Origin: Auanema rhodensis
Taxonomy: Eukaryota > Animalia > Nematoda
Direction of reading: 5' to 3'
DNA length: 64,000 bases
Assembly (NCBI GenBank): GCA_964057225.1
Contig: OZ059899.1
Span: 4,278,001 to 4,342,000, forward strand
Numbering within the stretch: the first letter of the stretch is position 1; every line of letters starts with the position of its first letter. Below the pieces are notes generated by a model. The model searched no databases, was not told where the DNA came from, and worked only from the letters and a program-made list of their open reading frames with translations. Positions 35,836 through 50,800 of this stretch are shown in pieces. Made by a program: the position numbers and the translations under genes.

Positions 35836-38800
35836 ATATTAATTTCCTAATCTAATTTTTCTTTCAATCATTTTGTAAATTTTCTGAAAAAAAATATAGA
35901 AAAGTAAAGAACTTGAAGAATAAAACCAAAACTACTGTTGGAGATATGGGGAATCGAACCCCAGACTTCTCGCATGCAAAGCGAGTGCTCTACCCCTGAG
36001 CTATATCCCCACATTTGACAGAATATATGACTGTGAGTTTGTTCAAACTTGAAGAACCTCTTGATCAAAAATTTTAGTTGTGAATATTAATTTCCTAATC
36101 TAATTTTTCTCTCAATCATTTTGTAAATCTCCTGAAAAAAAATATAGAAAAGTAAAGAACTTGAAGAATAAAACCAAAACTACTGTTGGAGATATGAGGA
36201 ATCGAACCCCAGACTTCTCGCATGCAAAGCGAGCGCTCGACCCCTGAGCTATATCCCCACATTTGACAGAATATATGACTGTGAGTTTGTTCAAACTTGA
36301 AGAACCTCTTGATCAAAAATTTTAGTTGTGAATATTAATCTCCTAATCTAATTTTTGTTTCAATCATTTTGTAAATCTCTTGAAAAAAATATAGAAAAGT
36401 TAAGAACTCGAAGAATAAAACCAAAACTACTGTTGGAGATATGGGGAATCGAACCCCAGACTTCTCGCATGCAAAGCGAGCGCTCTACCCCTGAGCTATA
36501 TTCCCACATTCGACAGAATATATGACTGTGAGTTTGTTCAAACTTGAAGAACCTCTTGATCAAAAATTTTAGTTGTTAATATTAATTTCCTAATCTAATT
36601 TTTCTTTCAATCATTTTGTAAATTTTCTGAAAAAAAATATAGAAAAGTAAAGAACTTGAAGAATAAAACCAAAACTACTGTTGGAGATATGGGGAATCGA
36701 ACCCCAGACTTCTCGCATGCAAAGCTAGCGCTCTACCCCTGAGCTATATCCCCACATTTGACAGAATATATGACTGTGAGTTTGTTCAAACTTGAAGAAC
36801 CTCTTGATCAAAAATTTTAGTTGTGAATATTAATTTCCTAATCTAATTTTTCTTTCAATCATTTTGTAAATTTCCTGAAAAAAAATTTATAAAAGTAAAG
36901 AGCTTGAAGAATAAAACCAAAACTACTGTTGGAGATATGGGGAATCGAACCCCAGACTTCTCGCATGCAAAGCGAGCGCTCTACCCCTGAGCTATATCCC
37001 CACATTCGTCAGAGTTAATGACTGTGAGTTTGTTCAAACTTGAAGAACCTCTTGATCAAAAATTTTAGTTGTGAATATTAATTTTCTAATCTAATTTTTC
37101 TTTCAATCATTTTGTAAATTTCCTGAAAAAAAATATATAAAAGTAAAGAACTTGAAGAATAATACCAAAACTACAGTTGGAGATATGGGGAATCGAACCC
37201 CAGACTTCTCGCATGCAAAGCGAGCGCTCTACCCCTGAGCTATATCCCCACATTTGACAGAATATATGACTGTGAGTTTGTTCAAACTTGAAGAACCTCT
37301 TGATCAAAAATTTTAGTTGTGAATATTAATTTCCTAATCTAATTTTTCTTTCAATCATTTTGTAAATTTCCTGAAAAAAAATTTATAAAAGTAAAGAACT
37401 TGAAGAATAAAACCAAAACTACTGTTGGAGATATGGGGAATCGAACCCCAGACTTCTCGCATGCAAAGCGAGCGCTCTACCCCTGAGCTATATCCCCACA
37501 TTCGACAAAGTCAATGACTGTGAGTTTGTTCAAACTTGAAGAACCTCTTGATCAGAAATTTTAGTTGTGAATATTAATCTCCTAATCTAAATTTTCTTTC
37601 AATCATTTTGTAAATCTCCTGAAAAAAAATATATAAAAGTTAAGAACTCGAAGAATAAAACCAAAATTACTGTTGGAGATATGGGGAATCGAACTCCAGA
37701 CTTCTCGCATGCAAAGCGAGCGCTCTACCCCTGAGCTATATCCCCACATTCGACAAAGTCAATGACTGTGAGTTTGTTCAAACTTGAAGAACCTCTTGAT
37801 CAGAAATTTAAGTTGTGAATATTAATTTCCTAATCTAATTTTTTTTTCAATCATTTTGTAAATCTCCTGAAAAAAAATATATAAAAGTAAAGAACTTGAA
37901 GAATAAAACCAAAACTACTGTTGGAGATATGGGGAATCGAACCCCAGACTTCTCGCATGCAAAGCGAGCGCTCTACCCCTGAGCTATATCCCCACATTCG
38001 ACAAAGTCAATGACTGTGAGTTTGTTCAAACTTGAAGAACCTCTTGATCAGAAATTTTAGTTGTGAATATTTATTTCCTAATCTAATTTTTCTTTCCATC
38101 ATTTTGTAAATCTCCTGAAAAAAAATATAGAAAAGTTAAGAACTCGAAGAATAAAACCAAAATTACTGTTGGAGATATGGGGAATCGAACTCCAGACTTC
38201 TCGCATGCAAAGCGAGCGCTCTACCCCTGAGCTATATCCCCACATTCGACAAAGTCAATGACTGTGAGTTTGTTCAAACTTGAAGAACCTCTTGATCAGA
38301 AATTTAAGTTGTGAATATTAATTTCCTAATCTAATTTTTCTTTCAATCATTTTGTAAATTTCCTGAAAAAAAATTTATAAAAGTAAAGAACTTGAAGAAT
38401 AAAACCAAAACTACTGTTGGAGATATGGGGAATCGAACCCCAGACTTCTCGCATGCAAAGCGAGCGCTCTACCCCTGAGCTATATCCCCACATTCGACAA
38501 AGTCAATGACTGTGAGTTTGTTCAAACTTGAAGAACCTCTTGATCAGAAATTTTAGTTGTGAATATTAATCTCCTAATCTAATTTTTCTTTCAATCATTT
38601 TGTAAATCTCCTGAAAAAAAATATAGAAAAGTTAAGAACTCGAAGAATAAAACCAAAATTACTGTTGGAGATATGGGAAATCGAACTCCAGACTTCTCGC
38701 ATGCAAAGCGAGCGCTCTACCCCTGAGCTATATCCCCACATTCGACAAAGTCAATGACTGTGAGTTTGTTCAAACTTGAAGAACCTCTTGATCAGAAATT

Positions 38801-41800
38801 TTAGTTGTGAATATTAATCTCCTAATCTAATTTTTCTTTCAATCATTTTGTAAATCTCCTGAAAAAAAATATATAAAAGTAAAGAACTTGAAGAATAAAA
38901 CCAAAACTACGGTTGGAGATATGGGGAATCGAATCCCAGACTTCTCGCATGCAAAGCGAGCGCTCTACCCCTGAGCTATATCCCCACATTCGACAAAGTC
39001 AATGACTGTGAGTTTGTTCAAACTTGAAGAACCTCTTGATCAGAAATTTTAGTTGTGAATATTTATTTCCTAATCTAATTTTTCTTTCCATCATTTTGTA
39101 AATCTCCTGAAAAAAAATATAGAAAAGTTAAGAACTCGAAGAATAAAACCAAAATTACTGTTGGAGATATGGGGAATCGAACTCCAGACTTCTCGCATGC
39201 AAAGCGAGCGCTCTACCCCTGAGCTATATCCCCACATTCGACAAAGTCAATGACTGTGAGTTTGTTCAAACTTGAAGAACCTCTTGATCAGAAATTTAAG
39301 TTGTGAATATTAATTTCCTAATCTAATTTTTCTTTCAATCATTTTGTAAATTTCCTGAAAAAAAATTTATAAAAGTAAAGAACTTGAAGAATAAAACCAA
39401 AACTACTGTTGGAGATATGGGGAATCGAACCCCAGACTTCTCGCATGCAAAGCGAGCGCTCTACCCCTGAGCTATATCCCCACATTTGACAGAATATATG
39501 ACTGTGAGTTTGTTCAAACTTGAAGAACCTCTTGATCAGAAATTTTAGTTGTGAATATTAATCTCCTAATCTAATTTTTCTTTCAATCATTTTGTAAATC
39601 TCCTGAAAAAAAATATAGAAAAGTTAAGAACTCGAAGAATAAAACCAAAATTACTGTTGGAGATATGGGAAATCGAACTCCAGACTTCTCGCATGCAAAG
39701 CGAGCGCTCTACCCCTGAGCTATATCCCCACATTCGACAAAGTCAATGACTGTGAGTTTGTTCAAACTTGAAGAACCTCTTGATCAGAAATTTTAGTTGT
39801 GAATATTAATCTCCTAATCTAATTTTTCTTTCAATCATTTTGTAAATCTCCTGAAAAAAAATATATAAAAGTAAAGAACTTGAAGAATAAAACCAAAACT
39901 ACGGTTGGAGATATGGGGAATCGAATCCCAGACTTCTCGCATGCAAAGCGAGCGCTCTACCCCTGAGCTATATCCTCACATTTGACAGAATATATGACTG
40001 TGAGTTTGTTCAAACTTGAAGAACCTCTTGATCAAAAATTTTAGTTGTGAATATTAATTTCCTAATTTAATTTTTCTTTCAATCATTTTGTAAATTTCCT
40101 GAAAAAAAATTTATAAAAGTAAAGAACTTGAAGAATAAAACCAAAACTACTGTTGGAGATATGGGGAATCGAACCCCAGACTTCTCGCATGCAAAGCGAG
40201 CGCTCTACCCCTGAGCTATATCCCCACATTCGACAAAGTCAATGACTGTGAGTTTGTTCAAACTTGAAGAACCTCTTGATCAGAAATTTAAGTTGTGAAT
40301 ATTAATTTCCTAATCTAATTTTTCTTTCAATCATTTTGTAAATTTCCTGAAAAAAAATTTATAAAAGTAAAGAACTTGAAGAATAAAACCAAAACTACTG
40401 TTGGAGATATGGGGAATCGAACCCCAGACTTCTCGCATGCAAAGCGAGCGCTCTACCCCTGAGCTATATCCCCACATTCGACAAAGTCAATGACTGTGAG
40501 TTTGTTCAAACTTGAAGAACCTCTTGATCAGAAATTTTAGTTGTGAATATTAATCTCCTAATCTAATTTTTCTTTCAATCATTTTGTAAATCTCCTGAAA
40601 AAAAATATAGAAAAGTTAAGAACTCGAAGAATAAAACCAAAATTACTGTTGGAGATATGGGAAATCGAACCCCAGACTTCTCGCATGCAAAGCGAGCGCT
40701 CTACCCCTGAGCTATATCCCCACATTCGACAAAGTCAATGACTGTGAGTTTGTTCAAACTTGAAGAACCTCTTGATCAGAAATTTTAGTTGTGAATATTA
40801 ATCTCCTAATCTAATTTTTCTTTCAATCATTTTGTAAATCTCCTGAAAAAAAATATATAAAAGTAAAGAACTTGAAGAATAAAACCAAAACTACGGTTGG
40901 AGATATGGGGAATCGAATCCCAGACTTCTCGCATGCAAAGCGAGCGCTCTACCCCTGAGCTATATCCTCACATTTGACAGAATATATGACTGTGAGTTTG
41001 TTCAAACTTGAAAAACCTCTTGATCAAAAATTTTAGTTGTGAATATTAATTTCCTAATTTAATTTTTCTTTCAATCATTTTGTAAATTTCCTGAAAAAAA
41101 ATTTATAAAAGTAAAGAACTTGAAGAATGAAACCAAAACTACTGTTGGAGATATGGGGAATCGAACCCCAGACTTCTCGCATGCAAAGCGAGCGCTCTAC
41201 CCCTGAGCTATATCCCCACATTTGACAGAATATATGACTGTGAGTTTGTTCAAACTTGAAGAACCTCTTGATCAAAAATTTTAGTTGTGAATATTAATTT
41301 CCTAATCTAATTTTTCTCTCAATCATTTTGTAAATCTCCTGAAAAAAAATATAGAAAAGTAAAGAACTTGAAGAATAAAACCAAAACTACTGTTGGAGAT
41401 ATGAGGAATCGAACCCCAGACTTCTCGCATGCAAAGCGAGCGCTCGACCCCTGAGCTATATCCCCACATTTGACAGAATATATGACTGTGAGTTTGTTCA
41501 AACTTGAAGAACCTCTTGATCAAAAATTTTAGTTGTGAATATTAATCTCCTAATCTAATTTTTGTTTCAATCATTTTGTAAATCTCTTGAAAAAAATATA
41601 GAAAAGTTAAGAACTCGAAGAATAAAACCAAAACTACTGTTGGAGATATGGGGAATCGAACCCCAGACTTCTCGCATGCAAAGCGAGCGCTCTACCCCTG
41701 AGCTATATCCCCACATTCGACAGAATATATGACTGTGAGTTTGTTCAAACTTGAAGAACCTCTTGATCAAAAATTTTAGTTGTGAATATTAATTTCCTAA

Positions 41801-44800
41801 TCTAATTTTTCTTTCAATCATTTTGTAAATTTTCTGAAAAAAAATATAGAAAAGTAAAGAACTTGAAGAATAAAACCAAAACTACTGTTGGAGATATGGG
41901 GAATCGAACCCCAGACTTCTCGCATGCAAAGCTAGCGCTCTACCCCTGAGCTATATCCCCACATTTGACAGAATATATGACTGTGAGTTTGTTCAAACTT
42001 GAAGAACCTCTTGATCAAAAATTTTAGTTGTGAATATTAATTTCCTAATCTAATTTTTCTTTCAATCATTTTGTAAATTTCCTGAAAAAAAATTTATAAA
42101 AGTAAAGAGCTTGAAGAATAAAACCAAAACTACTGTTGGAGATATGGGGAATCGAACCCCAGACTTCTCGCATGCAAAGCGAGCGCTCTACCCCTGAGCT
42201 ATATCCCCACATTCGTCAGAGTTAATGACTGTGAGTTTGTTCAAACTTGAAGAACCTCTTGATCAAAAATTTTAGTTGTGAATATTTATTTTCTAATCTA
42301 ATTTTTCTTTCAATCATTTTGTAAATTTCCTGAAAAAAAATATATAAAAGTAAAGAACTTGAAGAATAATACCAAAACTACAGTTGGAGATATGGGGAAT
42401 CGAACCCCAGACTTCTCGCATGCAAAGCGAGCGCTCTACCCCTGAGCTATATCCCCACATTTGACAGAATATATGACTGTGAGTTTGTTCAAACTTGAAG
42501 AACCTCTTGATCAAAAATTTTAGTTGTGAATATTAATTTCCTAATCTAATTTTTCTTTCAATCATTTTGTAAATTTCCTGAAAAAAAATTTATAAAAGTA
42601 AAGAACTTGAAGAATAAAACCAAAACTACTGTTGGAGATATGGGGAATCGAACCCCAGACTTCTCGCATGCAAAGCGAGCGCTCTACCCCTGAGCTATAT
42701 CCCCACATTCGACAAAGTCAATGACTGTGAGTTTGTTCAAACTTGAAGAACCTCTTGATCAGAAATTTTAGTTGTGAATATTAATCTCCTAATCTAAATT
42801 TTCTTTCAATCATTTTGTAAATCTCCTGAAAAAAAATATATAAAAGTTAAGAACTCGAAGAATAAAACCAAAATTACTGTTGGAGATATGGGGAATCGAA
42901 CTCCAGACTTCTCGCATGCAAAGCGAGCGCTCTACCCCTGAGCTATATCCCCACATTCGACAAAGTCAATGACTGTGAGTTTGTTCAAACTTGAAGAACC
43001 TCTTGATCAGAAATTTAAGTTGTGAATATTAATTTCCTAATCTAATTTTTTTTTCAATCATTTTGTAAATCTCCTGAAAAAAAATATATAAAAGTAAAGA
43101 ACTTGAAGAATAAAACCAAAACTACTGTTGGAGATATGGGGAATCGAACCCCAGACTTCTCGCATGCAAAGCGAGCGCTCTACCCCTGAGCTATATCCCC
43201 ACATTCGACAAAGTCAATGACTGTGAGTTTGTTCAAACTTGAAGAACCTCTTGATCAGAAATTTTAGTTGTGAATATTTATTTCCTAATCTAATTTTTCT
43301 TTCCATCATTTTGTAAATCTCCTGAAAAAAAATATAGAAAAGTTAAGAACTCGAAGAATAAAACCAAAATTACTGTTGGAGATATGGGGAATCGAACTCC
43401 AGACTTCTCGCATGCAAAGCGAGCGCTCTACCCCTGAGCTATATCCCCACATTCGACAAAGTCAATGACTGTGAGTTTGTTCAAACTTGAAGAACCTCTT
43501 GATCAGAAATTTAAGTTGTGAATATTAATTTCCTAATCTAATTTTTCTTTCAATCATTTTGTAAATTTCCTGAAAAAAAATTTATAAAAGTAAAGAACTT
43601 GAAGAATAAAACCAAAACTACTGTTGGAGATATGGGGAATCGAACCCCAGACTTCTCGCATGCAAAGCGAGCGCTCTACCCCTGAGCTATATCCCCACAT
43701 TCGACAAAGTCAATGACTGTGAGTTTGTTCAAACTTGAAGAACCTCTTGATCAGAAATTTTAGTTGTGAATATTAATCTCCTAATCTAATTTTTCTTTCA
43801 ATCATTTTGTAAATCTCCTGAAAAAAAATATAGAAAAGTTAAGAACTCGAAGAATAAAACCAAAATTACTGTTGGAGATATGGGAAATCGAACTCCAGAC
43901 TTCTCGCATGCAAAGCGAGCGCTCTACCCCTGAGCTATATCCCCACATTCGACAAAGTCAATGACTGTGAGTTTGTTCAAACTTGAAGAACCTCTTGATC
44001 AGAAATTTTAGTTGTGAATATTAATCTCCTAATCTAATTTTTCTTTCAATCATTTTGTAAATCTCCTGAAAAAAAATATATAAAAGTAAAGAACTTGAAG
44101 AATAAAACCAAAACTACTGTTGGAGATATGGGGAATCGAACCCCAGACTTCTCGCATGCAAAGCGAGCGCTCTACCCCTGAGCTATATCCCCACATTCGA
44201 CAAAGTCAATGACTGTGAGTTTGTTCAAACTTGAAGAACCTCTTGATCAGAAATTTTAGTTGTGAATATTAATCTCCTAATCTAATTTTTCTTTCAATCA
44301 TTTTGTAAATCTCCTGAAAAAAAATATATAAAAGTAAAGAACTTGAAGAATAAAACCAAAACTACTGTTAGAGATATGGGGAATCGAACCCCAGACTTCT
44401 CGCATGCAAAGCGAGCGCTCTACCCCTGAGCTATATCCCCACATTCGACAAAGTCAATGACTGTGAGTTTGTTCAAACTTGAAGAACCTCTTGATCAGAA
44501 ATTTTAGTTGTGAATATTTATTTCCTAATCTAATTTTTCTTTCCATCATTTTGTAAATCTCCTGAAAAAAAATATATAAAAGTAAAGAACTTGAAGAATA
44601 AAACCAAAACTACTGTTGGAGATATGGGGAATCGAACCCCAGATTTCTCGCATGCAAAGCGAGCGCTCTACCCCTGAGCTATATCCCCACATTCGACAGA
44701 ATATATGACTGTGAGTTTGTTCAAACTTGAAGAACCTCTTGATCAAAAATTTAAGTTGTGAATATTAATTTCCTAATCTAATTTTTCTTTCAATCATTTT

Positions 44801-47800
44801 GTAAATTTCCTGAAAAAAAATTTATAAAAGTAAAGAACTTGAAGAATAAAACCAAAACTACTGTTGGAGATATGGGGAATCGAACCCCAGACTTCTCGCA
44901 TGCAAAGCGAGCGCTCTACCCCTGAGCTATATCCCCACATTCGACAAAGTCAATGACTGTGAGTTTGTTCAAACTTGAAGAACCTCTTGATCAGAAATTT
45001 TAGTTGTGAATATTTATTTCCTAATCTAATTTTTCTTTCCATCATTTTGTAAATCTCCTGAAAAAAAATATAGAAAAGTTAAGAACTCGAAGAATAAAAC
45101 CAAAATTACTGTTGGAGATATGGGGAATCGAACTCCAGACTTCTCGCATGCAAAGCGAGCGCTCTACCCCTGAGCTATATCCCCACATTCGACAAAGTCA
45201 ATGACTGTGAGTTTGTTCAAACTTGAAGAACCTCTTGATCAAAAATTTAAGTTGTGAATATTAATTTCCTAATCTAATTTTTCTTTCAATCATTTTGTAA
45301 ATTTCCTGAAAAAAAATTTATAAAAGTAAAGAACTTGAAGAATAAAACCAAAACTACTGTTGGAGATATGGGGAATCGAACCCCAGACTTCTCGCATGCA
45401 AAGCGAGCGCTCTACCCCTGAGCTATATCCCCACATTCGACAAAGTCAATGACTGTGAGTTTGTTCAAACTTGAAGAACCTCTTGATCAGAAATTTTAGT
45501 TGTGAATATTAATTTCCTAATCTAATGTTTCTTTCAATCATTTTGTAAATCTCCTGAAAAAAAATATATAAAAGTAAAGAACTTGAAGAATAAAACCAAA
45601 ACTACTGTTGGAGATATGGGGAATCGAACCCCAGACTTCTCGCATGCAAAGCGAGCGCTCTACCCCTGAGCTATATCCCCACATTCGACAAAGTCAATGA
45701 CTGTGAGTTTGTTCAAACTTGAAGAACCTCTTGATCAGAAATTTTAGTTGTGAATATTAATCTCCTAATCTAATTTTTCTTTCAATCATTTTGTAAATCT
45801 CCTGAAAAAAAATATAGAAAAGTTAAGAACTCGAAGAATAAAACCAAAATTACTGTTGGAGATATGGGAAATCGAACTCCAGACTTCTCGCATGCAAAGC
45901 GAGCGCTCTACCCCTGAGCTATATCCCCACATTCGACAAAGTCAATGACTGTGAGTTTGTTCAAACTTGAAGAACCTCTTGATCAGAAATGTTAGTTGTG
46001 AATATTAATTTCCTAATCTAATTTTTCTTTCAATCATTTTGTAAATCTCCTGAAAAAAAATATATAAAAGTAAAGAACTTGAAGAATAAAACCAAAACTA
46101 CTGTTGGAGATATGGGGAATCGAACCCCAGACTTCTCGCATGCAAAGCGAGCGCTCTACCCCTGAGCTATATCCCCACATTCGACAAAGTCAATGACTGT
46201 GAGTTTGTTCAAACTTGAAGAACCTCTTGATCAGAAATTTTAGTTGTGAATATTAATCTCCTAATCTAATTTTTCTTTCAATCATTTTGTAAATCTCCTG
46301 AAAAAAAATATAGAAAAGTTAAGAACTCGAAGAATAAAACCAAAATTACTGTTGGAGATATGGGGAATCGAACTCCAGACTTCTCGCATGCAAAGCGAGC
46401 GCTCTACCCCTGAGCTATATCCCCACATTCGACAAAGTCAATGACTGTGAGTTTGTTCAAACTTGAAGAACCTCTTGATCAGAAATGTTAGTTGTGAATA
46501 TTAATTTCCTAATCTAATTTTTCTTTCAATCATTTTGTAAATCTCCTGAAAAAAAATATATAAAAGTAAAGAACTTGAAGAATAAAACCAAAACTACTGT
46601 TGGAGATATGGGGAATCGAACCCCAGACTTCTCGCATGCAAAGCGAGCGCTCTACCCCTGAGCTATATCCCCACATTCGACAAAGTCAATGACTGTGAGT
46701 TTGTTCAAACTTGAAGAACCTCTTGATCGAAAATTTTAGTTGTGAATATTATTCTCCTAATCTAATTTTTGTTTTAATCATTTTGTAAATCTCCTGAAAA
46801 AAAAAATATAAAAGTAAAGAACTTGAAGAATAAAACCAAAACTACTGTTGGAGATATGGGGAATCGAACCCCAGACTTCTCGCATGCAAAGCGAGCGCTC
46901 TACCCCTGAGCTATATCCCCACATTCGACAAAGTCAATGACTGTGAGTTTGTTCAAACTTGAAGAACCTCTTGATCAGAAATTTTAGTTGTGAATATTAA
47001 TCTCCTAATCTAATTTTTCTTTCAATCATTTTGTAAATCTCCTGAAAAAAAATATAGAAAAGTAAAGAACTTGAAGAATAAAACCAAAACTACTGTTGGA
47101 GATATGGGGAATCGAACCTCAGACTTCTCGCATGCAAAGCGAGCGCTCTACCCCTGAGCTATATCCCCACATTCGACAAAGTCAATGACTGTGAGTTTGT
47201 TCAAACTTGAAGAACCTCTTGATCAGAAATTTTAGTTGTGAATATTAATCTCCTAATCTAATTTTTCTTTCAATCATTTTGTAAATCTCCTGAAAAAAAA
47301 TATATAAAAGTTAAGAACTCGAAGAATAAAACCAAAACTACTGTTGGAGATATGGGGAATCGAACCCCAGATTTCTCGCATGCAAAGCGAGCGCTCTACC
47401 CCTGATCTATATCCCCACATTTGACAGAATATATGACTGTGAGTTTGTTCAAACTTGAAGAACCTCTTGATCGAAAATTTTAGTTGTGAATGTTGATCTC
47501 CTAATCTAATTTTTGTTTCAATCATTTTGTAAATCTCTTGAAAAAAAAATATAAAAGTAAAGAACTTGAAGAATAAAACCAAAACTACTGTTGGAGAAAT
47601 GGGGAATCGAACCCCAGACTTCTCGCATGCAAAGCGAGCGCTCTACCCCTGATCTATATCCCCACATTTGACAGAATATATGACTGTGAGTTTGTTCAAA
47701 CTTGAAGAACCTCTTGAACAAAAATTTTAGTTGTGAATATTAATCTCCTAATCTAATTTTTGTTTCAATCATTTTGTAAATCTCCTGAAAAAAAATATAT

Positions 47801-50800
47801 AAAAGTAAAGAACTTGAAGAATAAAACCAAAACTACTGTTGGAGATATGGGAAATCGAACCCCAAACTTCTCGCATGCAAAGCGAGCGCTCTACCCCTGA
47901 GCTATATCCCCACATTCGACAAAGTCAATGACTGTGAGTTTGTTCAAACTTGAAGAACCTCTTGATCAGAAATGTTAGTTGTGAATATTAATTTCCTAAT
48001 CTAATTTTTCTTTCAATCATTTTGTAAATCTCCTGAAAAAAAATATATAAAAGTAAAGAACTTGAAGAATAAAACCAAAACTACTGTTGGAGATATGGGG
48101 AATCGAACCCCAGACTTCTCGCATGCAAAGCGAGCGCTCTACCCCTGAGCTATATCCCCACATTCGACAAAGTCAATGACTGTGAGTTTGTTCAAACTTG
48201 AAGAACCTCTTGATCAGAAATTTTAGTTGTGAATATTAATCTCCTAATCTAATTTTTCTTTCAATCATTTTGTAAATCTCCTGAAAAAAAATATAGAAAA
48301 GTTAAGAACTCGAAGAATAAAACCAAAATTACTGTTGGAGATATGGGGAATCGAACTCCAGACTTCTCGCATGCAAAGCGAGCGCTCTACCCCTGAGCTA
48401 TATCCCCACATTCGACAAAGTCAATGACTGTGAGTTTGTTCAAACTTGAAGAACCTCTTGATCAGAAATGTTAGTTGTGAATATTAATTTCCTAATCTAA
48501 TTTTTCTTTCAATCATTTTGTAAATCTCCTGAAAAAAAATATATAAAAGTAAAGAACTTGAAGAATAAAACCAAAACTACTGTTGGAGATATGGGGAATC
48601 GAACCCCAGACTTCTCGCATGCAAAGCGAGCGCTCTACCCCTGAGCTATATCCCCACATTCGACAAAGTCAATGACTGTGAGTTTGTTCAAACTTGAAGA
48701 ACCTCTTGATCAGAAATTTTAGTTGTGAATATTAATCTCCTAATCTAATTTTTCTTTCAATCATTTTGTAAATCTCCTGAAAAAAAATATATAAAAGTAA
48801 AGAACTTGAAGAATAAAACCAAAACTACTGTTGGAGATATGGGGAATCGAACCCCAGACTTCTCGCATGCAAAGCGAGCGCTCTACCCCTGAGCTATATC
48901 CCCACATTCGACAAAGTCAATGACTGTGAGTTTGTTCAAACTTGAAGAACCTCTTGATCAGAAATTTTAGTTGTGAATATTAATCTCCTAATCTAATTTT
49001 TCTTTCAATCATTTTGTAAATCTCCTGAAAAAAAATATATAAAAGTAAAGAACTTGAAGAATAAAACCAAAACTACTGTTGGAGATATGGGAAATCGAAC
49101 CCCAAACTTCTCGCATGCAAAGCGAGCGCTCTACCCCTGAGCTATATCCCCACATTCGACAAAGTCAATGACTGTGAGTTTGTTCAAACTTGAAGAACCT
49201 CTTGATCAGAAATGTTAGTTGTGAATATTAATTTCCTAATCTAATTTTTCTTTCAATCATTTTGTAAATCTCCTGAAAAAAAATATATAAAAGTAAAGAA
49301 CTTGAAGAATAAAACCAAAACTACTGTTGGAGATATGGGGAATCGAACCCCAGACTTCTCGCATGCAAAGCGAGCGCTCTACCCCTGAGCTATATCCCCA
49401 CATTCGACAAAGTCAATGACTGTGAGTTTGTTCAAACTTGAAGAACCTCTTGATCAGAAATTTTAGTTGTGAATATTAATCTCCTAATCTAATTTTTCTT
49501 TCAATCATTTTGTAAATCTCCTGAAAAAAAATATAGAAAAGTTAAGAACTCGAAGAATAAAACCAAAATTACTGTTGGAGATATGGGGAATCGAACTCCA
49601 GACTTCTCGCATGCAAAGCGAGCGCTCTACCCCTGAGCTATATCCCCACATTCGACAAAGTCAATGACTGTGAGTTTGTTCAAACTTGAAGAACCTCTTG
49701 ATCAGAAATGTTAGTTGTGAATATTAATTTCCTAATCTAATTTTTCTTTCAATCATTTTGTAAATCTCCTGAAAAAAAATATATAAAAGTAAAGAACTTG
49801 AAGAATAAAACCAAAACTACTGTTGGAGATATGGGGAATCGAACCCCAGACTTCTCGCATGCAAAGCGAGCGCTCTACCCCTGAGCTATATCCCCACATT
49901 CGACAAAGTCAATGACTGTGAGTTTGTTCAAACTTGAAGAACCTCTTGATCAGAAATTTTAGTTGTGAATATTAATCTCCTAATCTAATTTTTCTTTCAA
50001 TCATTTTGTAAATCTCCTGAAAAAAAATATATAAAAGTAAAGAACTTGAAGAATAAAACCAAAACTACTGTTGGAGATATGGGGAATCGAACCCCAGACT
50101 TCTCGCATGCAAAGCGAGCGCTCTACCCCTGAGCTATATCCCCACATTCGACAAAGTCAATGACTGTGAGTTTGTTCAAACTTGAAGAACCTCTTGATCA
50201 GAAATTTTAGTTGTGAATATTAATCTCCTAATCTAATTTTTCTTTCAATCATTTTGTAAATCTCCTGAAAAAAAATATATAAAAGTAAAGAACTTGAAGA
50301 ATAAAACCAAAACTACTGTTGGAGATATGGGGAATCGAACCCCAGACTTCTCGCATGCAAAGCGAGCGCTCTACCCCTGAGCTATATCCCCACATTCGAC
50401 AAAGTCAATGACTGTGAGTTTGTTCAAACTTGAAGAACCTCTTGATCAGAAATTTTAGTTGTGAATATTAATTTCCTAATCTAATTTTTCTTTCAATCAT
50501 TTTGTAAATCTCCTGAAAAAAAATATATAAAAGTAAAGAACTTGAAGAATAAAACCAAAACTACTGTTGGAGATATGGGGAATCGAACCCCAGACTTCTC
50601 GCATGCAAAGCGAGCGCTCTACCCCTGAGCTATATCCCCACATTCGACAGAGTTAATGACTGTGAGTTTGTTCAAACTTGAAGAACCTCTTGATCAAAAA
50701 TTTTAGTTGTGAATATTAATTTTCTAATCTAATTTTTTTTTCAATCATTTTGTAAATCTCCTGAAAAAAAATATATAAAAGTAAAGAACTTGAAGAATAA

